From the NCBI GenBank assembly GCA_049318805.1, contig JBMOFP010000003.1:5702-69701 (forward strand): a DNA stretch of 64,000 bases. Reading direction: 5' to 3'. The stretch comes from Bradymonadia bacterium. Its GTDB lineage: Bacteria > Myxococcota_A > Bradymonadia > UBA7976 > UBA1532. How positions within the stretch are numbered: position 1 is the stretch's first letter; every line of letters starts with the position of its first letter. Positions 45,436 through 54,485 of the stretch are shown piece by piece. The notes beneath the pieces were generated by a model, which was given only the letters and a program-made list of their open reading frames with translations, was not told the origin of the DNA and did no database searches. Position numbers and translations under genes: made by a program.

Positions 45436-45666
45436 TTGGACGCCATCACCCTCGAGCTCGACAACCACATGTTCAACGTGCAGCACGGCACCCAGCTCCA
45501 CACCGTCACCGGCCGCGCCGAGGCCGTGACGCTCGCGAAGCAGCTCAGCCGCGAAGGCAACGCCCGTGTCTCCGTCGAGCGCCAGGACGGCAAGGTGCAG
45601 ATGATGTTCACCGGCGGGTCCCTCGACAGCTTCAACTGCGAGACCCGCGGCTTCAAGGCCGAGTGA
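45436..45666 (+). CDS. small hypothetical protein (about 76 aa)
   Basis: TTG start preceded by gggagg RBS (45424-45429); an alternative ATG lies at 45469. Non-repetitive, charged composition (…HMFNVQHGTQLHTVTGRAEAVTLAKQLSREGNARVSV...). Confidence 0.4.
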   Translation: MDAITLELDNHMFNVQHGTQLHTVTGRAEAVTLAKQLSREGNARVSVERQDGKVQMMFTGGSLDSFNCETRGFKAE

Positions 45667-45688
45667 GGCCCGACGCCCGCCGCGGCCG

Positions 45689-47371
45689 TCAGGGCCGCGC
45701 GGCGTCCCAAATGATGCGGGGCAGCATGAACGCCGACGGCGCGGCCTCCATCTCGACCAACGTGCGCGCCACCTTGTGCATCCGCCGGTGGAACACGAAC
45801 CACGGCGGCTTCGGGGCCACCTTGAGCGGCCCGTAGATCACGCTCTTCTCGGCGCGGTCGAACATGTACGTGTTGTGCACGACCCCGATGCCGCTCTGGA
45901 TGTCCTGCAGAGTGTGGCCGGGAAACGCGCCCCACGTCGTCACGCCGAGCGCGTACGCGAGCGCCGGCCAGTGGTTGACGACCACGGCCCCGTAGCGCAG
46001 CGCGCCGATGGCGTCCTCGAAGGCGAGACCGAGCGACGCCTGGGTGGTCGGGTGGCAGATGAGCTCGGCGCTCAACGTGCCCCAGACCTCGTCGTTGCAG
46101 AACTTCACGGCGTTGCGCAGGAATTCGGCCGTGTCGCGCCCGGGCAGTGAGGTCTGCCCCATGACGCCGCACCAGCTCTCGACCTTGAAGCACAGGTCGT
46201 CCACGTTCTTCGCGTCGACGTTCGGGATGAACGTCCACGGGAGCACGCCGGGCTTACGGGGCCCGATCGACTCGGCCTGGGGGTGCGCGGTGATGAAACG
46301 CTCGAGTCGCTCCTCGGCGCCGGGGTAGTAGGCCCGGCGCTGCGGGGCGCGCGCGAAGGCCGCACGAATCGCGTCGATGAACGCGCCCCGCTGCGGCCAG
46401 GTGTCGTGCACGATCAGGATGCGGGCGGCGTTGCAGTTGAAGCCGCCGTTGTTGCAGAGCTGGGTGGCGACGTTCTCGGCCTGGAACTCCAGCTCGGCCT
46501 TCGAGTAGGGCCCCGGCACCACGATGATCGGGCTCACGTTGCCGAGCTCGCTGGTGATCCGCTTGTTCATCCGCGGCTCGTTCGCGGCCTTGCGCTTCTC
46601 GCCCTCGGGTCCGACGCCGAAGACGATCGCGTCGTGGGTCTTGTCGCTGCCCGTGATGTGCACCTCGTCGATGCCTGCGTGCTGGCACAGGTAGTCGCCC
46701 ACGTCCGCGCCGCCGTAGGCCGTGCGCACGAAACCCTGGGCGATGAGGTCCGCGAAGACCTCCTCCACGAAGGGTCCGAGGTAGTCGTTGACCGGGTTGA
46801 ACTTGAGCAGGCAGACCTGACCTTCGGCCCACAGCTTCTGCACCATGTCGAGCGGGCCGATGCTGGCGACGTTGCCCGCGCCGAGCACCAAAGCCACCGC
46901 GCCTTTGGGCTCCCGCTCCCTGTAGAAGCCGGCCATGTGCTGACCGAGGTTGCTCTCGGTGACCCCGGGCTGCATCCACACCTCGGCGCGGAACCCGGCG
47001 TACATCGCCTTGTCGATGAGGTTCCCCGGGAAAACCTTCGCGATGACCTGCCCATCGGCGCGGGTCCGCAGGGCATTGTCCGGGAGACGCGGGCGACCGT
47101 GCCGCATGACGTCTTCCAGGCTGTCCGCGAGCAGGCGGCAGATGCGCGCCTGCACGACGGGGCCGCCCAGATACTCCTCGCCCACGAGCCACGAGTCGGC
47201 GGGGATGCCCTTCGCCTGGATCGCGGCCTGAACCTGCCGGTCGGCGACCTTGCGGGTGTTCTCGACGACCTTGCGCAGGAGCTCGATCTTGTCGGGGAGC
47301 GGCATCCGCGCCCAGCGGTCCTTCGACTGACGAAGGACTTCGATCGACTTGTCGAGGGCTTCGCGATTCAT
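45689..47371 (-). CDS. aldehyde dehydrogenase family protein
   Basis: ATG at 47371 (MNREALDKSIEV...). ALDH motifs ELGNVSPIIV (Glu) and FNCNAAR (catalytic Cys region), with an NAD-binding fold. Confidence 0.85.
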   Translation of the reverse strand: MNREALDKSIEVLRQSKDRWARMPLPDKIELLRKVVENTRKVADRQVQAAIQAKGIPADSWLVGEEYLGGPVVQARICRLLADSLEDVMRHGRPRLPDNALRTRADGQVIAKVFPGNLIDKAMYAGFRAEVWMQPGVTESNLGQHMAGFYREREPKGAVALVLGAGNVASIGPLDMVQKLWAEGQVCLLKFNPVNDYLGPFVEEVFADLIAQGFVRTAYGGADVGDYLCQHAGIDEVHITGSDKTHDAIVFGVGPEGEKRKAANEPRMNKRITSELGNVSPIIVVPGPYSKAELEFQAENVATQLCNNGGFNCNAARILIVHDTWPQRGAFIDAIRAAFARAPQRRAYYPGAEERLERFITAHPQAESIGPRKPGVLPWTFIPNVDAKNVDDLCFKVESWCGVMGQTSLPGRDTAEFLRNAVKFCNDEVWGTLSAELICHPTTQASLGLAFEDAIGALRYGAVVVNHWPALAYALGVTTWGAFPGHTLQDIQSGIGVVHNTYMFDRAEKSVIYGPLKVAPKPPWFVFHRRMHKVARTLVEMEAAPSAFMLPRIIWDAARP

Positions 47372-47472
47372 GGGTTCTCCTCGGCGGGGCAGGGCGGCGC
47401 GGAGTCTAGACGAGCCCCGGTCCAACTGCTACACCGACGGCCAGAACAGGGGCTTGGAAGCGGGGCGGGGAC

Positions 47473-48123
47473 ATGGGGAAGACGACCATCCTGGGGCTGC
47501 TTTGTCTTGGATTCGCGGGGTGCGCTTCCGATGAGCAGCGGGACTTCTACGACGGCTGCCGACCCGAGGTCGGGCCGCCCCGCGCGGGTTGCCCCGACCA
47601 GGGCACCGTCGTCGAGACGCCGGACGCGGCGCCGGGGGACGCCGCCGTGGAGGCCGACGCCGCCCCGAGCGTCGATGCGAGCGTGGTGACCGACGTCGCG
47701 TCGCCTGAAGACGCCGCGACCCCGCCCGACGCCGGCCCACCGCCGGGCGAGGGCATCGGCGGGCCCTGCGTCGACCCGACGGACTGCCAGTCCGGCTTCT
47801 GCCTCGACAGCACCTTCGCCCGCAGCGTCGCCATGGACGAGGACGTGGAGATCCCCGGCGGTTACTGCGCCGACCTCACCTGCATGGCCTCGGACTACTG
47901 CGGCGCGGAGTCGGCCTGCATCGACCTGCGCGCGTCGGGGGTCGACATCCCCTTCAAGGCCTGCCTTCGCACGTGTGCGGGTCCCGAGGGCCCCGTCGAC
48001 CAGTGCCGGGCCGACCAGGAGTGCTTCTGCGACGCCGAGGGCGACGTGACCGACGTCGAGGGCAATCGCGGCCTTTGCCTGTGCCTCCCCGGTGTGCTGG
48101 CCGAGCTGCTCGCTGGGGAATGA
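47473..48123 (+). CDS. Cys-rich secreted lipoprotein
   Basis: Lipobox LLCLGFAGCAS. Asp/Pro/Ala-rich linker. C-terminal module with 16 Cys (GGPCVDPTDCQSGFCLD..., resembling the N-terminus of the 57935 protein). Confidence 0.6.
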   Translation: MGKTTILGLLCLGFAGCASDEQRDFYDGCRPEVGPPRAGCPDQGTVVETPDAAPGDAAVEADAAPSVDASVVTDVASPEDAATPPDAGPPPGEGIGGPCVDPTDCQSGFCLDSTFARSVAMDEDVEIPGGYCADLTCMASDYCGAESACIDLRASGVDIPFKACLRTCAGPEGPVDQCRADQECFCDAEGDVTDVEGNRGLCLCLPGVLAELLAGE

Positions 48124-48159
48124 CCGGGCGCTCACGGCCAGCGCCCGGACGAGATTGGC

Positions 48160-48558
48160 TCAGAGTCCCTGAGGCTGGTAGCGCTTGATCGGGAGACTCC
48201 GCGCGACGGCGTCGACGCGCGGGTTCATCGTCCAGAGCGGCCACTCTTCCCGCAGGCAGAGCGTGAGCACGCAGGCGTCGGCGAGCTGCACGTGGTTGCC
48301 CTGGCCAGCGAGGTGCGCCCCGAGGTCGCCGACCGCGATCCAGCTGCCGCGCGTCTCCTCGACCCAGGGCACCTGCACGGCCCACGTGCGCAGGCGGTGC
48401 GCGAACCCGGGCTGGTCGGCCTCCTGCAGGAGCTGGGCGAAGACCGCCCCCGGCGCCGTCAGCTCGCTCTTCAACAAGAGGTCGTTGAAAAGCGACTCGA
48501 AGCCGCGGGTCTGTCCCCTGAGGGCCGCGCTCCAGATGGTCAGGTCGGCGACGATCAC
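48160..48558 (-). CDS. PIN-domain protein (VapC-like toxin), no cognate antitoxin gene adjacent
   Basis: GTG start gives VIVADLTIWSAALRG... (PIN N-terminal Asp). The conserved acidic positions Glu at about 32 and Asp at about 96 are present. The fourth acidic position appears to be Asn (LWTMN). Confidence 0.6.
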   Translation of the reverse strand: MIVADLTIWSAALRGQTRGFESLFNDLLLKSELTAPGAVFAQLLQEADQPGFAHRLRTWAVQVPWVEETRGSWIAVGDLGAHLAGQGNHVQLADACVLTLCLREEWPLWTMNPRVDAVARSLPIKRYQPQGL

Positions 48559-48684
48559 GGGCTCATCAAAGCCGGATTGCCCCGAGTCGGCAACAGGGGT
48601 CGGAACTTGAATTATTTATGTGATTCTGTATCCTCGCCGACGCCGGGGGGCGGGACGTCCACACGCGACGAAACAGGGGTCAAC

Positions 48685-51600
48685 ATGGTCTCGGGAAACC
48701 GACGGGTGCTGGGTTGGGTGTTGGGTGCGTCCGCCGTCCTGGCCTCGGGGGCCGCGAACGCCGCGCCCCCGCCCGGTTTTGTGGAACAAGAGATCCCCGG
48801 ACCTTGGAGCGAGGCCTCGGGCCTCGAGTGGGGCTCCGACGGGCGCATGTACGTCGTGGAACGCGGCGGTCGGGTCTGGCTCGTCGAGAACGGCGTGAAG
48901 TCCCAGACCCCGTTCATCGACCTCGCGGCCGAGGTCGGCGGATGGCGGGACTTCGGGCTGCTCGGCTTCGCGCTGCACCCCAACTTCGACCAGAACGGCT
49001 TCGTCTACCTGTACTACGTGGTGGACCACTACCACCTGTCGTGTGAGACCAACCCGGCCCAGGCGAAGTGCACGCCTTACAACCCCGCGGCCAACGAGTA
49101 CTTCCAGCCGACGATCGGTCGAATCACCCGGTACACGGCCGATCCGGCGACGGGACGCCGCACGGTGCTGCCGGCCTCGCGGCGCGTACTGCTCGGTGAG
49201 ACGATCTCGACGGGCGTGCCGATCCTGCACCAAAGCCACGGCACGGGTCAGCTCGTCTTCGGCGAGGACGGCACGCTCCTGGCCAGCTCCGGAGACGCCG
49301 GGAGCTACAACCGGGTCGACATCGGCGGGCAGGTCGCCAACGACGACACCTACCGTGTGCAGGCCCTCGCGGAGGGCATCCTCCGGCCTGAAGAGGACAT
49401 CGGCGCGATGCGCTCGCAGTTCCTCGGCTCGCTGGACGGCAAGCTCCTCCGCATCGACGCCGACACCGGCGACGGCTTGAGCTCGAACCCCTTCTACGAC
49501 GCCGCGAACCCCCGCTCCGCGCAATCGCGTGTGTGGGCGCTCGGCCTGCGGAATCCTTACCGTTTCTCGCGGAAACCCGGCACCGGCGGACACACCCCCG
49601 CCGAGGGCGATCCCGGGGTCTTCTACCTGGGCGACGTCGGCTGGGGCTCGGCGGAGGACCTGCACGTCATCGATGGGCCGGGCCGCAACCTGGGCTGGCC
49701 GATCTTCGAGGGCCTGACCGCGCACGGGCAGTACTCGGCGGCCAACGTGAACAACATGCACGCGCCCAACCCGCTCTTTGGCGTCAACGGTTGCGCGCAG
49801 CAGTACCTGTACTTCCGAAACCTCATCGTCCAGGAGAACCGCAGCGGCATCGGCTCGTGGCCGAACCCCTGCAACGCCGCGGTTCAGATCCCCGACAGCT
49901 GGACGGACGGGGCCGGGCGGACGTGGACATACCGCAAGTTCATGCACACCCGGCCGCCTCTGGACTGGCGCGGGAGCGCGCGCGTCGCGACCTTCGACGG
50001 CGCGGGCAACGCGACCACGATCGGCGTCGGTGCGGCCGGCTCGCCGGTCACGGGCACGAGCTTCAGCGGGAACGCGGCGACCGGCGGTGTCTGGTACACC
50101 GGCTCGGACTTCCCGCCGGAGTGGCGCAACCTCTACTTCTTCGCGGACTACGGCGGTGGCTGGATCAAGGCCGGCGTCTTCAACGACGACGACCAGCTCT
50201 CGGCGGTGCGTAACTTCATCGATCCGGGCAACGCCGTCGTCTTCGTCAGCACCTCGCCGACCGCGGGCGGCATCTACTACGTGAAGTGGGGTGACCGCGT
50301 CCGCAAGGTCACCTACAGCCCCGGCAACCGCGCCCCCGTAGCCTCCGCGATCCCGAGCGTCCAGTTCGGCCCCGGCCCGCTGACGGTCAGCTTTCAGAAC
50401 ACGTCGAGCGACCCGGAGAACGGCGCGCTGACGTACGCGTGGGACTTCGGCGATGGCACGACCAGCACCGACGCCTCTCCGACCCACGTCTTTGCGTCCG
50501 AGGGCGGTGGCCCGACGGCCTACTCCGTGCGTCTGACCGTGCGGGATCCGCAGAACGCGGTCGGCGACACCACGGTCGTGGTCACGGTCGACAACACACC
50601 GCCCGCGGTCGAGATCACCTCGCCCCGTGAGGGCACCGAATACCCCATGGACACACAGCGCATCTTCGACCTCACGGCCGACGTGTCCGATGCGGAGTCC
50701 CCGGTCGGGGCGCTCGAGTGTGTTTGGAACATCAATCTGCACCATAACAACCACGTGCACGGCGAGGCCGCCATCCACACCTGCGACGCGCAGGCGGTGG
50801 TGACCCCGGCCGGCTGCGACGGCAACGTCTACTTCTACCGCGCGACGCTCTCGGTGACGGATCCCGAGGGCCTCGTGACGGTCCGCTCCGTCGACCTGCT
50901 CCCGGACTGCGAGAACGACCCGCCGTCGGTGCGAGGCGAGGAGCTCTCGGTCGTGCAGGGCGAGAGCGGGTCGGTCGATCCCAGCCTGAACGATTGGGAC
51001 CGGGACGGTTTCCTCGACCTCACGACGGTCGTCGTCACGCGCCAGCCGAACCACGGCTTCGTCAACGTGGACCCCGAGACCGGCGTGATGACCTACTCCC
51101 ACGACGGGACCGTCAACCTCGAGGACGACTTCGCGTACACGGTGGACGACGACGACGGCGCGACCTCGGCCGAGGCGAACGTGCTCGTGACCGTGTCGCG
51201 GCGCACACCCGTGGTGACGATCTCCGCGCCGAACGACGGCGGCTTCGTCACGGGCATGGCCTTCTACGTCGCCTGGTCCGTGGACTGGGTGCCTCCGGGC
51301 TTCGTCTTCAGCGACGTGTACTTCGGCGGCGCGCTCGTGGCCTCTCTGCCGGCCGGGGCGGGCACGGCGAAGGTCGTGGCGCCCGCGCCCGGCTTCTACG
51401 GACTCAAGGTCGCCCTCGCCGACGCCAATCACACGATCCACGACGGCGGCTTCTCGTCCATCACCTTCGAGGTCCGCGACGCCGACTTCGACGGGGACGG
51501 TGTGCTCGATCTCCAGGACGCCGCGCCCGCCAATCCCCGCATCTGCCGCGACGTCGACGCCGACACCTGCGACGACTGCGCGCGGACCGTCGCCGATCCG

Positions 51601-52350
51601 TTCAACGACGGGCCGGACAAGGACTTCGACGGCCTGTGCAATGCGGGCGACTTCAACGGATGCGACGTGGACAACGGTGGCTGCGACGACAACGCGACCT
51701 GCACGCCCACACCCGGCGCGCGGGTCTGTCGATGTGTCGCGGGCTTCGCGGGCAACGGGGTCTCGTGCACCTCCGTCGACGTCTCGTTCTCGACGGCCGG
51801 CGGCCTGAAGCTCCCGATTCCCAACGACGGGTACGACGGCACCGAGAAGTCGATGGTCTGTCAGGCCTTCGAGGTCCCGGCCTTGACCATCAACAACCAG
51901 ACCTACAACCGCGTCTCGGGGCGCATGAGCGTCGACGTGGCCCTGAACCACACCTACGCCGGCGACCTGACGGTCAAGGTCTTCGGCCCCGCCGGCGACG
52001 CCCTCGCGGTCGTGAATCGGCCCCGAAGCAATGCCGCGGACAATGGCGTGGACCTGCCCCGTGGCGATGGCTCGGACCTGGTTGAGACCCATCCGATCCG
52101 TTTTGTCGACGGTGCGGCCATCTCGGCGGAGAACATGGGCCGTTACCTGGCCGACGACCTCGCGATTTGCCGCGACAACGCCGAGTGCCAGCAGCGCGCG
52201 AACCGCGGGAGCGCCGCGACCTTGAGCAGCTTCGGCGGCTTCACCTCCAAGGTCGCCAACGGCACCTGGAAGGTCTGCGTGGGCGACGCCCACCCTGCGG
52301 ACATCGGGACCCTCGAGTCGGTGTCGTTCACGTTCCGACGCAAGCGCTGA
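48685..52350 (+). CDS. giant secreted PQQ-dependent sugar dehydrogenase (SGDH beta-propeller) fused to PKD, EGF-like and proprotein-convertase P-domains
   Basis: ATG at 48685 with RBS aggggt. Signal peptide VLGWVLGASAVLASGAANA. SGDH motifs (GLLGFALHP, GLRNPYRFS). PKD (YAWDFGDGT). EGF-like (CTPTPGARVCRCVAGFAGNGVSC). P-domain (HTYAGDLTVKVFGPAGDA). Confidence 0.85.
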   Translation: MVSGNRRVLGWVLGASAVLASGAANAAPPPGFVEQEIPGPWSEASGLEWGSDGRMYVVERGGRVWLVENGVKSQTPFIDLAAEVGGWRDFGLLGFALHPNFDQNGFVYLYYVVDHYHLSCETNPAQAKCTPYNPAANEYFQPTIGRITRYTADPATGRRTVLPASRRVLLGETISTGVPILHQSHGTGQLVFGEDGTLLASSGDAGSYNRVDIGGQVANDDTYRVQALAEGILRPEEDIGAMRSQFLGSLDGKLLRIDADTGDGLSSNPFYDAANPRSAQSRVWALGLRNPYRFSRKPGTGGHTPAEGDPGVFYLGDVGWGSAEDLHVIDGPGRNLGWPIFEGLTAHGQYSAANVNNMHAPNPLFGVNGCAQQYLYFRNLIVQENRSGIGSWPNPCNAAVQIPDSWTDGAGRTWTYRKFMHTRPPLDWRGSARVATFDGAGNATTIGVGAAGSPVTGTSFSGNAATGGVWYTGSDFPPEWRNLYFFADYGGGWIKAGVFNDDDQLSAVRNFIDPGNAVVFVSTSPTAGGIYYVKWGDRVRKVTYSPGNRAPVASAIPSVQFGPGPLTVSFQNTSSDPENGALTYAWDFGDGTTSTDASPTHVFASEGGGPTAYSVRLTVRDPQNAVGDTTVVVTVDNTPPAVEITSPREGTEYPMDTQRIFDLTADVSDAESPVGALECVWNINLHHNNHVHGEAAIHTCDAQAVVTPAGCDGNVYFYRATLSVTDPEGLVTVRSVDLLPDCENDPPSVRGEELSVVQGESGSVDPSLNDWDRDGFLDLTTVVVTRQPNHGFVNVDPETGVMTYSHDGTVNLEDDFAYTVDDDDGATSAEANVLVTVSRRTPVVTISAPNDGGFVTGMAFYVAWSVDWVPPGFVFSDVYFGGALVASLPAGAGTAKVVAPAPGFYGLKVALADANHTIHDGGFSSITFEVRDADFDGDGVLDLQDAAPANPRICRDVDADTCDDCARTVADPFNDGPDKDFDGLCNAGDFNGCDVDNGGCDDNATCTPTPGARVCRCVAGFAGNGVSCTSVDVSFSTAGGLKLPIPNDGYDGTEKSMVCQAFEVPALTINNQTYNRVSGRMSVDVALNHTYAGDLTVKVFGPAGDALAVVNRPRSNAADNGVDLPRGDGSDLVETHPIRFVDGAAISAENMGRYLADDLAICRDNAECQQRANRGSAATLSSFGGFTSKVANGTWKVCVGDAHPADIGTLESVSFTFRRKR

Positions 52351-52376
52351 CGCCCCGACCCGGCACGCGCGTAGGC

Positions 52377-54485
52377 TCAGGGCGCGACCGTCGGCTCCCC
52401 CTGCGTCGAGCTCCGACGCGCCTCGCAGGCCTCGAGCTGCTTGCGGAGGATGACCGCGTCGAGGGCCGTCTGCCGCAGTAGGCGCTGGCGAGCGGACTCG
52501 TCGGGACCGTCCAAGCGCAGGTCGGGTGGGCCCGAGGGCCGCACGAGGTCGCGCACGGGGTCGGACGGCGGCGGGTCCCCGAAGGGCACGGGACGCGCGC
52601 TCAGCTCCAGCACACGTTGCTCGAGCTGAGCGCGGAGCGCCCGCTCGCGCACCAGGGACTCGTCGAGGCGCTCCACGTCGTCTCTGCACGTGTCCAGGGG
52701 GTTCTCGACGCTGGATGGGGTCGGTGCCGGCTCGGGGTCCTGAACCAGAGCGACCTCCTGCGCGTAGCGCTGGGTGACCGCGGCCAGCGCTTCTCGCAGC
52801 GCGTCGGAGCTGCGATTGCGCGCGGCCTCGGCGGCCTTGAGGCGATGGGTGAGCTCTTGCACCTCGGCCCGACGCTCCGCGGCCTCGCGCTCCGTCGACT
52901 CGAGCCGGAGTCGGTCCTGGGCGTCGAGTCGTCGGAGCGCTCTCAGTCGCCGAATCTCGGAAACCGCGGCCTCGTGTCGGGCGTTCACCTCGTCCAGAGT
53001 CTCCAACAGCGCCGAGGCCTCGCCCGCGCCCGATCCGCTCTCGAGCCGTGTCTCCACGGTTCGACGCGCATCGTCGAGGGCCTGCGACCCGAGCGTGCTG
53101 AGGCCCGCCTGCACGCTCTCCGAGTGCTGCCGATACGCCAGCAGCGCGGCCGTGCCCGCCGTGGCGACGAACGTGAGCAGCATCGCGGCCCGCCACCGCA
53201 GCGTGCGGGTCGCGGCGACGTTGGCCGCCTGCAGATAGGCGAGCTCCGCCTCCGTGAGGTCCGGCTGCCCCGCGGCGCGCGCCGTGGCTCGAGCGAGCGC
53301 TCCCCCGGTCGGTAGGCGGGCGCGAGGCCGCCCGGCGTCCTCCCACGCCCGCGCCGCTTCATAGAGCGGTCTGCGGTCGAGCAAGCCGTCCACCCAGGTG
53401 AGGTCCAGAGTTCGAGCGAAGACCCGGTTCCTGACGGCGAGCGTGCCGCCGCGCTCGCAGGCCGCCCCGGACATGAACAACGCGCTCTGCACGGGATCGC
53501 CCGCCACCGAGACGACCGCGTGACCGGCGCGCACCCGCCGGTACAGGTGCAGAACGCGCATCGCGGGCGCCTCGACCCAGTCCCGCTCGAGGAACGCCGC
53601 CGCGCTCGCCAGCAAAGGGTGGGCGTGGGGTCCGGTGCGCGGGAACAAGCGCTCGCTCTCCGCCGCGACGCGCGTGACCCAGTCCGCGGCCGATGGGGGC
53701 GAGGTCGGCGTCGGTGCACTCCCGAGGGCGCGCAGCAGCGCCATCGTCATGTACGGGTGGCCGGCGGTTTCGTCCCACACGGCGTCGAGCAGCGCGCCGG
53801 CCTCGGCGGCGCTCCACGCTTCCAGGGCGGGCCGCGCCTGCTCGAGCGAAGCGCGAGAGAAGTCGCCGAGGGGCACGGGCGTGGCGATGTCGAAGGGGTT
53901 GTTCGTCGAGTCGGGGACCAGGTCTTCGGTCCGCGCGAAGCCGACGAGGCAGAACGTGAAGCGCGCCCAGTCGGGGTTGGAGGCCCGCTCGTTGTGCATC
54001 GCCCGCAGGCTGCCCAGGAACTCACCGCGAAAGCGCAGTCGCGTGAGCACGTTGATCTCGTCCAGGAAGAGCACGAGCGGCCGCGCATCGGACGGGAGCA
54101 AGAGGTCCGAGACGAAGCGCCGAAACCGGCCCACACCCCGCTCGGGACAAGCGTTCCAGAAGGCCGTGACCCGGGCGACCCCGAGGTCCGCGGCGCGTGC
54201 GACCTCGACCGCCAGGGAGAGATACCAGCGATCCTGGGCGGCCTCGCCCTCGGCGACGTCGGCGCCGATGGCGGTGAGGTCGATGGCCACGCACCGCCGG
54301 CCCGCGTCGGCCTCGAGACGGCGTTGGACCTCGAGGCGCAGGCTCGTCTTCCCGACCTGACGCGGGGCGAGGACGTGGCAGTGCTCCCCGGCCTTCAGGG
54401 CCTCGTAGAGCCGGTCGTCGGCGTCTCTCCGCACGTAGAGCGCGTTCGGCGGCAGCGCGCCCCCCACGTGGAGCGCGCGGCTCAA
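52377..54485 (-). CDS. AAA_35-like P-loop NTPase with C-terminal TM helix and long coiled-coil (system gene 2)
   Basis: TTG at 54485 overlaps the gene-1 stop (TTGA). The N-terminus LHVGGALPPNALYVRRDADDRLYEALKAGEHCHVLAPRQVGKTSL resembles what I recall of the AAA-like (PF14516-type) family N-terminus. Walker B LVLFLDEINVL. TM helix WRAAMLLTFVATAGTAALLAY. The following roughly 250 aa are heptad-rich and charged. Confidence 0.75.
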   Translation of the reverse strand: MSRALHVGGALPPNALYVRRDADDRLYEALKAGEHCHVLAPRQVGKTSLRLEVQRRLEADAGRRCVAIDLTAIGADVAEGEAAQDRWYLSLAVEVARAADLGVARVTAFWNACPERGVGRFRRFVSDLLLPSDARPLVLFLDEINVLTRLRFRGEFLGSLRAMHNERASNPDWARFTFCLVGFARTEDLVPDSTNNPFDIATPVPLGDFSRASLEQARPALEAWSAAEAGALLDAVWDETAGHPYMTMALLRALGSAPTPTSPPSAADWVTRVAAESERLFPRTGPHAHPLLASAAAFLERDWVEAPAMRVLHLYRRVRAGHAVVSVAGDPVQSALFMSGAACERGGTLAVRNRVFARTLDLTWVDGLLDRRPLYEAARAWEDAGRPRARLPTGGALARATARAAGQPDLTEAELAYLQAANVAATRTLRWRAAMLLTFVATAGTAALLAYRQHSESVQAGLSTLGSQALDDARRTVETRLESGSGAGEASALLETLDEVNARHEAAVSEIRRLRALRRLDAQDRLRLESTEREAAERRAEVQELTHRLKAAEAARNRSSDALREALAAVTQRYAQEVALVQDPEPAPTPSSVENPLDTCRDDVERLDESLVRERALRAQLEQRVLELSARPVPFGDPPPSDPVRDLVRPSGPPDLRLDGPDESARQRLLRQTALDAVILRKQLEACEARRSSTQGEPTVAP

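Noticed and set aside
48559-48684. Possible VapB antitoxin upstream of the PIN gene
   Set aside because: Only about 125 bp are available. There is no ORF of 40 aa or more on the minus strand in any frame with a plausible start. The region looks like a promoter or 5'UTR for the 48685 gene.
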